Positions 16,452-27,330 of a DNA stretch of 64,000 nucleotides are shown here, piece after piece. Source of the DNA: the human T2T-CHM13v2.0 reference genome, Homo sapiens; the NCBI RefSeq assembly GCF_009914755.1, contig NC_060932.1. One strand, written 5' to 3'. The first letter of the stretch is position 1. Each line of letters begins with the position of its first letter. The notes beneath the pieces were generated by a model. That model was not told where the DNA came from, searched no databases, and was given only the letters and a program-made list of their open reading frames with translations. The translations under genes and the position numbers were made by a program.

Positions 16452-16824
16452 GTTGATAAAGTTTCCCAAGTCTCATATTGAAATGTAATCCCGTGTTGGT
16501 GGTGGGGCCTGGTAGGAGATGATTGGATCATGGTGTAACACCATCCCTCCTAGTACCATCCTCACAACAGTGAGTGAAATCTCGTGAGATCTGGTTGTTT
16601 AAAAGTGTGTATCACTTCTCCCCTCACTCTCTTGCACCTGCTTTCACCACGTGATATGCTTCTACCCTCTTCACCATGATTTTAAGCTTCCAGAAGCCTC
16701 TCCAGATGTCAGCATAATGCTTCCTGTACAGCCTGCAGAAATGTGAGTCAATTAAACCTCTTTTCTTTATAAATTACCCAGTCTCAGGTATTTATTTATA
16801 GCCAAGCAAAAAGAGTCTAATACA
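16452..16824 (+). mobile_element. MSTA-type MaLR LTR
   Basis: ctcatattgaaatgtaatcc...tctcgtgagatctggttgtttaaaagtgtg...attaaacctcttttctttataaattacccagtctcagg...ctaataca. Confidence 0.85.
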
Positions 16825-17539
16825 CCTGTCAAGCCACTTAAGGGAGGTACTGAAAGGGAGTGGTGAGGCAAAATATACTCAAATGGACAGAGTTTTGGGC
16901 AATCCCTTTGGTTATATACTTCGTCAGAAAGAGAAGTGTCCCAAGGTAAGAATATGCACGGATTCATTAGCACTGACAAAGGGCTTCATTTGTGGTTAGA
17001 TATTAGGGTTGTGTAATGGAGATCTGTGAACATATCTATCTGAGTGAGGCCCAAGTGTGAGGATCTTTGTATCAATGTGTTAATGTCCAACAGAGTGCAT
17101 CCATCATTAAGGAGCACTGAAAAACCAAGTAGACAAAATGACTCAAGTAGCTTAACACAGCTTGTCTTTTCTGTGAACCATTCCAGTGTTGACTCTATGT
17201 GCTCATGTAACTATGATAGCAGGGAAGGCTATGCCTGGGCTCAGTAATATGGTGTCACAATCATAAGGCCAATCCAGATTCTGCAACTGCTGAACATGTA
17301 ATGTGCTAGTCACAGAGAAAAAAGTTAAAATTCACCAATACAGCACCATCACTTTTGAAGCAAGTACCAGACTGGTGGTGGTGGCAAGTTGACTTACACT
17401 GGATTCATTCTACTGTGGAAGGAGCAAGGATCTATCTTGACTGGAAAAACACATCTATCCCTGTATAGTCTGCCTATCCTGCCTCTAGGGCCTCAGCTAA
17501 CACTAGTAGACAAAAAGTTTACAGTGTCAGATTCACCTG

Positions 17540-18078
17540 TACAACATTTCACAAAGTATCACCTTGAAAAAACAGATCCATTGCCAAGGCAAAAATTACA
17601 CTGGACAAAGTTAATCAGTCAAGGAAAACTTTTGTCAAAGCTATTACAATTGGGGAGAGAAGACAGAACTGTCTGAATTTTACAAAAGGCAGAGTGTTTT
17701 CTGATCACTGGGGTGAGTACACTGAAAACTAAAGGAGGATGTTAGAGGGGAGGTTGATCATTGAAATTTTGAAATTTATCGAACACATTGAGTTATTCCT
17801 GAGTTTCCAAGTGTTTTTCTCTGTGATTTGGCCTCCTCTGTTTGCTAAATGGTGCTTATTAAAGGTAGGCTCTTAATCTCCCACCTAGACTAGGAGACAG
17901 TGATAATCTGTTCCTTGATGATTTTATTTCAAAGGGATGGCTCCCAGTTCCTTAAGACATTCTGGTATGTAGAACTTGCAAGAGGTTTTTTTGAAACATT
18001 TACATCTCAAAGGGGCAGGGATAAAACATACTCTTATAAGTTTTCTAAAGCAAGTGTTTTAAGAAAAGGGAGATCAGG
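17540..18078 (-). mobile_element. ERV1-type LTR fragment (MER31/MER67-like; subfamily uncertain)
   Basis: attacactggacaaagttaa...caaggaaaactttt; ttcaaagggatggctcccag; interrupts the ERVL pol relic. Confidence 0.45.
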
Positions 18079-18086
18079 GCCTAGAG

Positions 18087-18290
18087 CAGGGGTGTCCAAT
18101 CTTTTGGGTTCCCTGGGCCACACTGTTAAGAACTGTCTTGGGCCACATATAAAATAACACTAAAGATAGATGACAAGCTAAACAAAAAAACTTATAATAT
18201 TTTTTTAAAAGTTCACAAATTTTTGTTGGGCTGCATTCAAAGCCATCCTGGGTCACATGCAGCCCACAGGCCACAGGTTGGACAAGCTTG
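18087..18290 (+). mobile_element. MER30 hAT DNA transposon (MITE)
   Basis: TIRs caggggtgtccaa / ttggacaagcttg; 8-bp TSD gcctagag / gcctacag. Confidence 0.88.
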
Positions 18291-18770
18291 GCCTACAGCC
18301 TGTCTAATGTTTAATAGCTTAGGGGAACATTCTAACAAATAAACTGACGGCAAGATAGATCAACGGAATGACCTTTTTACGACTCTTAAAGACCGGCTTA
18401 GAGATACAACACTGCAAGAATAGAGAACCATCTTCCAGAATGCAGTACACATCCTAAATCAATAAATATCATATGGTATCTATGTATCAATAAATTTCAT
18501 ATGGTTTTCTACCCAATAGGTAGAATATCTAGGCCCAGGAACCAAAGGGTGGCAGTAGGAGACGCTCGGCTTACCATCACTCCCTGTGACTCATTTGGAG
18601 AATCTGTGATTCTTATCCTTGCAAACTTAATTCTGTGGGAAATCATGATTTACTGATTACGATTATCCAAAAGAAAATAACCTGCAATGAGGCACAGCAA
18701 TTTTCCCATTCAATGTTAAGGTCCAGCACTGCTCTGTCACTTCAGGCTTCTCATGCCAAGAGACAGTTTA

Positions 18771-18946
18771 CTACTGGCTGCAGAGCCAACAATGTACATC
18801 TCATCTCAACATGTAGCATCACATTAATAGCTTGAAATTGTCCAAAGTGGGAATACTTACACCATGAAAACTGCAAATGCTACCAATCAGGGCTCCCTGC
18901 CCATACCCCCAGAGCTGGCTATTAAACATTTACCAGCACACCATTG
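18771..18946 (+). mobile_element. MER63-like hAT element
   Basis: Ends agagctggctattaaacatttaccagcacaccattg. Confidence 0.65.
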
Positions 18947-19829
18947 ACAGCAGGCAAGGAAATGAGTCTCCATCACACAGGAGTAATTGACCTTAAAATC
19001 AGGAAGAGAAGGTATTTCACTGGCAATAGCAGTGTTATCTCTTTGAACTCAAAGAACCTTGACCTAGTCTGAGGGTCTTGAAAATCTCCTGATTATTTCC
19101 ACGTGTCAGAGAACTAGTTATTACTCCCACACATAGCTAAGGAAAATCTCTAGATACATTTACCACAAAGTCTCTCAACCTTTTGGCCCCCAATAGTGGA
19201 AAGTTTTTTTTTTTTCTCTCTCTCTTTATTTTCCTGAAACCACCATTCTCTCCACAACAGGAAGGACAGTGGGAAGGACCATTTCCTCTAGGGAAAACTC
19301 CCTCCCTCACTCACAGGATGCGGTCATTTAGAGAGGGATTGTTTTGGGTTTGTTTTTTGTTTTGTTTGTTTTTTTTCTTGGTTTGTTTTTTGGTATGGAC
19401 AAGGCAACTCCAATAGTTTTCAAGATAATTTCTGAAATCAGTGTTGTTCTGTATAAATAAAACCATGTGGGGAAAAGCAGCTCTACAGTCTAAATCTTTA
19501 GGAGAATATTTTCTCTAATTCCTCAAAAAAAAAATGTTTGGCTGAAGATAAACCCAATTTATATTACATTTTGCATCTTACTCCATAGTATCTACATTCA
19601 AAATTATCATTCTTAAATTAGGTAGGTAGTTATCTTACTTTCTTGTAACTATCTTGATAATTTTTTCTAAAACAAAGGATGGCTATTTCAGTTGATCTTC
19701 AGACAATTTGGCCACAATTACCTGTTCCCTTGCTTAAAAAATGTCCCTCTTTCACTACAAACACATACTTGAGTTTTTTCTCTCTAAAATGCATTTTTTC
19801 ATGTGAAGACATCTTAGGGCATATCACAA

Positions 19830-20195
19830 TATTATATTTAACATACTAGTTCTTTCCCCTCAAGTTCTTATAATATTGATAAATTGCAAATAATTGTATG
19901 TCAGAATGGCATATATGAAATGTATATTTTCCTATCTAAATGGATTCTTCTATGTAGTTTATGTATCAAATTGCATGTTGTATATAGGAAAATAGTAGAA
20001 AATAAATATCTCTGTATGTCTATTAATTTGGGGCAAATTCCTAGAAATGAAATTACTTTAATTTTAAAATTATGCAAAGTTCGAAAATTTTGCTACGGTC
20101 TTGCTAAGTCAACCTCTAGGAGTATCTAAATTTTACATTCCTCACAACTACGTATGGGGGCACTTTTTCCCTTTCCCATTTACAACCAAATTCTA
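19830..20195 (-). mobile_element. L1ME-type fragment (continues at about 24065-24330)
   Basis: gggcaaattcctagaaatgaaattact...tttacattcctcacaac. Confidence 0.55.
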
Positions 20196-20343
20196 CCTTA
20201 AAAAGAAAGTGTGGTGGCAGTCATTCTGGCTCTTATAATTTAGGTTCATATAACTGCAGGAGCACTTAGGAACCATACATATTAGCACCTTCCTGGTCGC
20301 ATGAAATTATCCAACTGTAGTGGTTAGGAGAGTTCTAGGTGTG

Positions 20344-20726
20344 TATTATGGACAGAATTGCGTCCCCAACAAATTCATATATTGAAGCCCTAACCCCCAA
20401 TGTGACTGTATTTGGAAACAGAGCCTTTAAAGAGTTAATTAAGGTTAAATGAGGCCTTAAGGTTGGGGTCCTAATTCAATAGGAATGGTATCCTTATATA
20501 AAGGGGAAGAGACACCAGGATTGGACACACACAGAAAAGCCACGCGAGCACACAGCAAGAAAGGGAGTTGTCTGTAAGCCAATGAGATAGATCTCAGGAA
20601 AAACCAAACTTGCTGACAACTCGATCTTGGATTTCCAGCCTCCAAAACTGTGAAAAAATAAATGTCTATTGCTTAAGCCACCAAGTCTGTGGTATTTTGT
20701 TATGGAAGCTCTATAAGACTAATACG
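20344..20726 (+). mobile_element. MLT1B LTR inserted into the ZNF pseudogene
   Basis: tattatggacagaattgcgtcccc...ttgaagccctaacccccaatgtgactgtatttgga...ccaagtctgtggtattttgttatgg...actaatac. Confidence 0.88.
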
Positions 20727-22345
20727 GTGCCTGATTATGTGGACAGGATTTCAGCCATGGCAAAAACTGCTTGGAGAGAGCCTGACCTGTTTGTTTGCAG
20801 AGTAAAGCCTAAGGAAGCACCTTTGGAACACAGTGTTTTTGTACATGGAGTGTCACATGTCAAGGCTTCCACGACAGGAATGCCTAGCCAGAAGGCCCAC
20901 TCCAGTGCAACGTGTGGTCCAGTTTGAAAGATATTGTGTACATGACAGAGGCTTCTGGTTCAGAGCAAGCCTTTACCAGCACCGGAAGCTGAATAGTGGG
21001 GAGAAGCCCTTAATAAGAAAAGATGGCAGGGACTGAGTTTTGAAGAATGGCAGAGTTCACCTGTCATAAAAGCCCTTCAGATATAGGAAGGGTAAGAAGG
21101 ATTTTCTGACCAGCTCAGGTCTTCTCAAGCAACAGGTCACTCACAGTGGGGAAGGGGTGCAACACAGGAGCACCAGGTGGGAGGAGGCCTTTCACATTGG
21201 ACAAAGGCACTACAGAAGTCTTGAGCATCAGAAAGCCTTTAATCACAATAAATACTTGTTAAGCACCAGAGAATATATACTGAATAAAATCCTTATGAAA
21301 ACAGCAAATGCAGAAAATTACTTAATCATAAATACAACTTTATCATACAGGCAAGAGTTCACACTGAAACCCCTTATACGCCAAACAACTGTGGGAATTT
21401 CCTTAGCCAGTGCTTCAACTCCACTCAACATAGAACAGTTCATATTAGAGAAAGGCCTTTCGAGTGTAGCAAATGGGAGATATCAGTTATCTGCAACCAC
21501 ACACCTACTAAGCACTGGAGAGTTCACACTGAAGAATTCAAAAGGGCATTTAGAATGCAGCAAATTTGGACATTTTTTCACATCTCCAGCCTCATTAAAC
21601 ATCAAGGTATCCATAATGAAGAAAGGCTTAATTAATGAAGTGAATGTGGGGAATTCTCTAACCATATCTCTAAGTCTCTTTCAACACCAGAGAATGCAGC
21701 AAGGTCTTATGAGTAAAGCAGATGTTGGAAATGATTTAGTAAAAAGTCCAACCTCATCTGACACCAAAAAGTTTGCTACAGAGAAAAGCCTTATGTGGGA
21801 AAAGCTTAAACCAAATGTCTGCTCTGATTCAGCAGCAGAAAATTCACAATCCAGATAGGCATTATAAATAAAATGAATTTAGGGAAAGCCTTCAGCCAAA
21901 GACTTAACTTTATTTGGAACCAGAAAGTTCACACTGGAGAAAGACTTCAGGAATGCAAGGAATGAAACAAAACCTGACACACACCAGAGAGACACTCTTT
22001 AAGTAGCCTTTACAACTAAATCTCATTCATCCAAATATGCATACTGGGGAGATTCCTATGAGTGTTGGATATATTGAACACTTTTTGGAGCTAAGTTGCA
22101 TGTCCTCACCTGTCCAAGGACTTTACCAGAGTTATGTAGCCACTACTACCTGTGACAAAGTCAATTTCAACTCTACCAGCTGGCAGTTGTCCGTGGTGTG
22201 CATCAGCAAATTTCTGTGACCTCTCTCCAATTCCTGTAAGAAATTTTGAGTAGCCTAAGCCTATTAGGGGTTCCAGTTTGTGGAACCATTGTTTTACTCA
22301 TAGATAAGACCCTTCTGTTTTAATTTCTTCTTAGTCATCCCATTG

Positions 22346-23243
22346 GTAAGGGAGGAATTCTAACTCTAGGGTTATGAAGATGGCTGGCCCCTGGACAGAT
22401 GAGATTGGTAGCAGTTTATTAGCCACATAGACTCACAGCCTGAGGGAGGAGGACACTGCACATTGCACAGGGTCATACAGGTTTGCATTTGAGAACAAAG
22501 CGAACAATCAGGGAGATAGACTTTGTAGCTGTAAGATGTTAAGGTTACTCGTTTGCTGTGGGAGAACGGGATTGGCTTGTTTGGATAATTCCATGGGCCC
22601 GCAGGAACGTAAACCTGCTTGTCAGAAATAAGCAGGCACTGCGCCTAGTCCCCTTAATAAAAAGGGTTAATAGGCTAGGACACTTACCTGTCGGAACAGA
22701 GTGGGAAGGAAACATATTCATTAGGCCACCAGAGTTCCTCTTGACTTCACCAGATTTCAAGGCATTGCATAATAATAGGCCTTAATGGCTCACGCCTGTA
22801 ATCCCAGCATTTTGGGAGGCCTACGCAGGTAGATCATTTGAGGTCAGGAGTTCAAGACTAGCATGGCCAACATGGTGAAACTCCTTCTCTACTAAAAAAT
22901 ACAAATATTAGGCAGGGTGCGGTGGCTCACACCTGTAATGCCAGCACTTCGGGAGGTCGAGGCGGGTGGATCACCTGAGGTCAAGAGTTTGAGACCAACC
23001 TGGCCAACATGGTGAAACCCCATCTCTAATAAAAATTAAAAATTAGCGAGGCGTGGTGGTGCCTGCCTGTAATCCCAGCTACTCAGGAGGTTGAGGCAGG
23101 AGAATCGCTTGAACCAGGAGGCAGAGGTTGCAGTGAGCCGAAATCATGCCACTGCACTCTAGCCTGGGTGACAGAGCAAGATACTGTCTCAAAAAAAGTA
23201 ATAATAATAGGCCTTAATGCCTTAATTTTAAGTCTTATATCAC
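22346..23243 (-). mobile_element. ERVL-type LTR (MER76-like), split by Alu
   Basis: Reverse complement begins tggtgatataagacttaaaattaaggc...atgccttgaaatctggtgaag. Confidence 0.6.
22786..23200 (+). mobile_element. Trimeric Alu (left arm + left arm + right arm)
   Basis: Two consecutive left monomers followed by one right monomer, inside a 19-bp TSD ataataataggccttaatg. Confidence 0.88.
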
Positions 23244-23434
23244 CATCATCATTAGCTAACAGGACCTGAACTTGATTCTGCTTGCAGCTTGAAGGGAAGG
23301 TTTATCTTCTTCATGGACATTGTCGGTCTTAGTGATGCTTATTGATGGATTTTTCAAGTGTACATGTCATCCAACCCAAGAACAACTTGTTCCACATTGT
23401 TCTGGTTTCTGTGATAGTAACTTATTTTTAAAAA

Positions 23435-24064
23435 TAATTAATTAATAGACTATTTTAGGGAAGTGTTAACATGAAATTGAACAGATAGTATAGACAGTAT
23501 AAAAACTGAGCATATACCACTTCTCTACTCTGCAACTTACCCTATTATTAACATCTTGCATTAGTGTAGCACATTTGTTACAACTGATGAACCAATATTG
23601 ATCATTATAATTAAGTGAAGCCTATAACTTACATTAGGGTTCATTCTTTGTGTTGTACAGTTCTATGAGCTTTGACACTGCATGTCATCCATCCATCATT
23701 ACAGTATCATGCAGAATAATTTCACTACCCTAAAAATGCCTGCACTGCACCTATTGACCTCTTTCCCTTCCTGCTGAAATCTGGGAAACCACTAATATTT
23801 TTAACCATCTCTATGGTTTTGTCTTTTCCAGACTGCCATATAGTTGGAATTATACATATATATATATAGCATTTTGAGATTGGCTTCTTCATAAGTACTC
23901 ATGATTCCTCCATGTCTTTTTGCAGCTTAATAGCTATTTTATTTTTATTACTAAGTAATATTCCATCATATAAGTATGTATACTAGTTTGTTTATCCATC
24001 ACTTTTTGAGGAACATCTTGTTTGTTTCTGGTTTTTGGCATTTATAAATAAAGCTGCTATAAAC
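23435..24064 (-). mobile_element. L1M (MC/MD-type) 3' end
   Basis: ttacattagggttcattctttgtgttgtacagttctatg...tataaataaagctgctataaaca. Confidence 0.75.
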
Positions 24065-24330
24065 AAAAATTGTACTAGAATAATGAATGAAAACAATACA
24101 TAATCATTGCTTTATTTGCACTTATTTTATTTGCAAGTGAGGGTAAACAGATTCGCAAGTTACGTAGTCATTACATTTTCTTTTGTCAACTGCCCATAGC
24201 TGCTTTTGGACTTTTTTAAAAAAAATTACATCCGCACCTAGTTCTTATTGAATGCTTACAATGTAAAAGGGACAATGTATACATCCTTTAAACCAATATC
24301 TACTTTATGATTTAGTTTTATTATCTAAGA
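24065..24330 (-). mobile_element. L1ME-type fragment
   Basis: tcattgctttatttgcacttattttatttgcaagtgagggt...ttttcttttgtcaactgccc resembles antisense ORF2 C-terminus. Confidence 0.5.
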
Positions 24331-24509
24331 CATTTTACAAAGAAATAACAAGTACAGCTTACAGTTTCCCCTGTCACACATCAAGTATCAAAAACTAATT
24401 TAACTGATTTCAAAAATCTATGCACCTAACCACTCTTTTGTATCTTCTCTATTGACCTATTCCTCTATCAATATGTAATATTACATTAACCTCATTTATG
24501 TCCTGACAT

Positions 24510-24825
24510 CACCTCTAATCTACAGAATGGACATTTTAATAGTTGCCTAAAACTCAGCATTATTCTCTTCACCTAAAATTTTTTCACCTCAAATCCTCCC
24601 CATTTTAGTAAATGACACCAACCATCCACCAGTCCTAAAGTTAACAAAAAAGCTGCAATCTTTATGCTGTCTTTCACTTTCTAGATTACTCTCATCAGCA
24701 AATCTTACTAATACTACCTTCGAATGATCTTCCAATGCAATCATTTCTGATTTTTCTGATTATTTCTACTTCTCATAGTCAGGTCCAAGCCACAATCATT
24801 CCCTTTCCTGACCAACCTACAACAG
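24510..24825 (+). mobile_element. L2 fragment
   Basis: cctccccattttagtaaatgacacacaaccatccacc...catcagcaaatcttac...ccttc...gtccaagccacaatcat. Confidence 0.7.
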
Positions 24826-24839
24826 TGTACTGTTTTCAT

Positions 24840-25291
24840 ATTTTTATTTTTGAGGTATTATATAAAGTGTGAAGTGTATAGACATACAAAATATGTATGT
24901 ATCAAGGATCAAGAAAAAGAAAACAGCATTTCTAAAGTTTCCCCGTGTTACTTTCCAAACAATATCCTAAAAATAAAAGGGAAAAAAACAAACAATATCC
25001 TTTCTTCCTTCCACAGAGATACCTACTATTCAAACTGTAATCACCATAGATAAGTTTTTAGTGCTTTGGAACTTTAGAACTGAATCAGTTTGTACTCATT
25101 TCTACCTACATTTACAATCAACATGTTGAGATTAATCCACAGTTTCATATAGCAATTGTGCCTTATTTTATATTATGCTTTATCCAATTGTATGACTACA
25201 GCACAAATTATTTATCAATTTTAGCATATTGTAAAGTGAGATCATTTCCAGGCTTTGGCTATTAAGAAGTAGCCACTAACTTTATTACACG
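24840..25291 (-). mobile_element. L1ME-type fragment; host of the DCAF4L2 retro-insertion (continues at 27648-28110)
   Basis: atcaacatgttgagattaatccac...tttccaggctttggctatt; L1 antisense sequence resumes at catacatttctctt...aagaagtgaaattg. Confidence 0.6.
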
Positions 25292-26142
25292 TTTTTTTGT
25301 TTTTTGTTTTTTTTGTCTTTTCTAGCTTATTGTTGGTAGAAAAACAGGCTAACACTTTGAATAAACATCTCACAAACTGCTGCTCCTAGATTACAAAAAG
25401 TCAAAGCCAATTATCTTTGACACTGAGCCCTTGAATCCTGACATTCAAGTCACAATAATAGAAACCGGAGCTGCTGTACCTTACATTCTGGAAGATGCCT
25501 CAACAAAAGCACGTTAAGGACTGTTTAAAACTTCTATTATTTAAAAAGATCCACCTTTCCTCCCATTGCCTATGGAAAATAATAAAAGGAGAATCTCAGA
25601 GATCTGCTATTGAGTTTGAGAAGGCCAAGTTTAATGATTCCAAAATGTAGCCTTAAAAACTTCTGGAGAGACTCAGATAAATGACCTCCCCCTCCTCTCC
25701 TCTCCCACTGGCCTCTTCAAGTACAGATGATGCATGTATTTCCGGAACCCAGGTAGGACTAGTCAAACAGTCTCATGCTTCTCTAAAAGGCTTCTGGTGT
25801 AAGCAGTTTTAATTTATTTTAGTTTTTGCCAATCTTCAGTCCTTAGAAAAGTGTTTTTTTGTTAAAAAAAAAAAAAGGGGGGATAACTATTCTAAGGTAT
25901 TCAACAAGAAAAGGAAATAGTTATCTTTTATGAAAAGGACTTTCAAGCTCTCTCAGCCCAGTTTAACTGAAACAACTTTACAGAACTATCTTCACATAAA
26001 ACAGCACCTTACCCCTAGCAGCCGGATGGATGGGATCTACAAACACCGAACATCTCTTAAAATGCGCTCATAGAAACGGTAATACGATGCTCTTTACTTC
26101 TTTAAGTCAAATCCACGTTCCTCCGGGCTGCATCCTGAAGAA

Positions 26143-27330
26143 TTAACCGTAGGAGAAACAATAAAGGTCCTCCCGGACAGCCATGAGCAGCCCTGGTGCT
26201 CCTCGGAAGCCCCCGAGGCGAGAAGAGAAGGCCACACTGGGAATGTCGTTCTCCGAGGCGGGGTATGGGGAGGGTATGGTTGTGAGCAGGTGGCCATGAC
26301 GGAGGCTCCAGATTCTCGTGTAGCAGTCCTGGCCCACGGCCGCCACGACTCCTTCTTCTTCGTTCACATGCACGGGTAGGTAGGCGGAGTTATTCACATG
26401 ACCTTCGTACTGTGTTACACATTTAGTGGCCCTCAAGTCCCACAGCTTGATAGTTCCAGTCATGTCTGATGACACCAGGAATTGGCCATCTTGGAGGATT
26501 TGCAGAGAAGTCACTGCTGAATCATGGGACAGGCAAATGGCCTTCCACCCGCTGCCTTGATTTCCACAGCGCAGATCAATGCCAAAGATCTCCCCAGAGC
26601 GACAGCCATTAAACAGCAAAGGAGTCATGATTGCAAACTGCTGGGCCAAGACATCACTGCTAGTCCCAAATGACTGCTGGTGTCCCGTCACCACGTTGGT
26701 CAACAGGACCTGCTGAGACAAGCCTGTACTGAAAGAGTGATACGCGTGGATGCTCAGGGACCAGGCACAGGACCAGGCATCAGGGATCTGGAAACTGCAA
26801 AGCATGCCAGGCCGACGCATTCCTGGGAAGCTACCTATGAACAGCGACGCTGGGAGCAGCACGGCACAGCTTGGAGTATCTGCAAGTCCCACGAAGCACA
26901 GCAGAAGGTGGGAATCCAAGTGATTCAGTGAGGCCCAGCACATAGAATTCACCTTCCGATTAGGGACGTAGAGGGTTTTGTGCGGGTATACCCGGAGCTC
27001 AGGGGTCGTCAGGCCTCGCATGGTGATGATGCCGTACTTGGAGCCTCCAGCTTCGACTTGGTTCACTGTGAAGAGCTGGTCAGTGTTGGTATTCGCCAGT
27101 ATGCGGTTAAATCGGTCGCTTGCCAAAGAGGAGGGATCCCAGCTATGAATCTGGACCTTTTTCCTCTGCATGCAGCTTACACGCAGCTCGCGAGCTATAC
27201 GGCAATAGTTGGCGAATCTGAGGAAACCTAGCTGGTTCTTTCGTAGCATGGAAGGTGCATTGAGTCCCACTCTGACTGTCTTTTTCTGCTTGTCTGCTTC
27301 CTCGAGCAGTCGCGGTCTTTTGCTCTCCAT
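26143..27330 (-). CDS. DCAF4L2: DDB1- and CUL4-associated factor 4-like 2 (WD40 substrate receptor, WDR21C), single-exon retrogene, 395 aa
   Basis: Uninterrupted ATG-to-TAA ORF starting [17 protein letters not shown]; H-box-like [13 protein letters not shown] (27223-27261); WDxR motif IKLWDLR (WDLR at 26431-26442); WD repeats; high similarity to recalled DCAF4. Confidence 0.96.
   Translation of the reverse strand: MESKRPRLLEEADKQKKTVRVGLNAPSMLRKNQLGFLRFANYCRIARELRVSCMQRKKVQIHSWDPSSLASDRFNRILANTNTDQLFTVNQVEAGGSKYGIITMRGLTTPELRVYPHKTLYVPNRKVNSMCWASLNHLDSHLLLCFVGLADTPSCAVLLPASLFIGSFPGMRRPGMLCSFQIPDAWSCAWSLSIHAYHSFSTGLSQQVLLTNVVTGHQQSFGTSSDVLAQQFAIMTPLLFNGCRSGEIFGIDLRCGNQGSGWKAICLSHDSAVTSLQILQDGQFLVSSDMTGTIKLWDLRATKCVTQYEGHVNNSAYLPVHVNEEEGVVAAVGQDCYTRIWSLRHGHLLTTIPSPYPASENDIPSVAFSSRLGGFRGAPGLLMAVREDLYCFSYG

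Larger units (their letters stand above)
15860..19010 (+). mobile_element. Degraded ERVL-class internal region (gag/pol relics), interrupted by younger elements
   Basis: Starts with ERVL-like ccaggagtggtcctaga; RNase H-like GSGEAKYTQ and KVRICTDSLALTKG at about 16850-16990; integrase-like IDQRNDL..IFQNAVHILNQ*ISYG..PIGRISRPRNQRVAVGDARLTITP at about 18355-18590. Confidence 0.75.
20205..23430 (+). pseudogene. Processed KRAB-C2H2 zinc-finger pseudogene resembling the 19q13.43 ZNF134/ZNF304/ZNF547/ZNF772-type family
   Basis: Translated relics ITAGALRNHT, LAPSWSHEIIQL*..|VPDYVDRISAMA, EAPLEHSVFVHGVSHV, QKAHSSATCGPV/LKDI, FWFRASLYQHRKLNSGEKP, DFLTSSGLLKQQVTHSGE, AFHIGQRHY, and degenerate HTGE-like linkers; many stops and frameshifts; no introns between exon-equivalent blocks. 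Confidence 0.85.
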
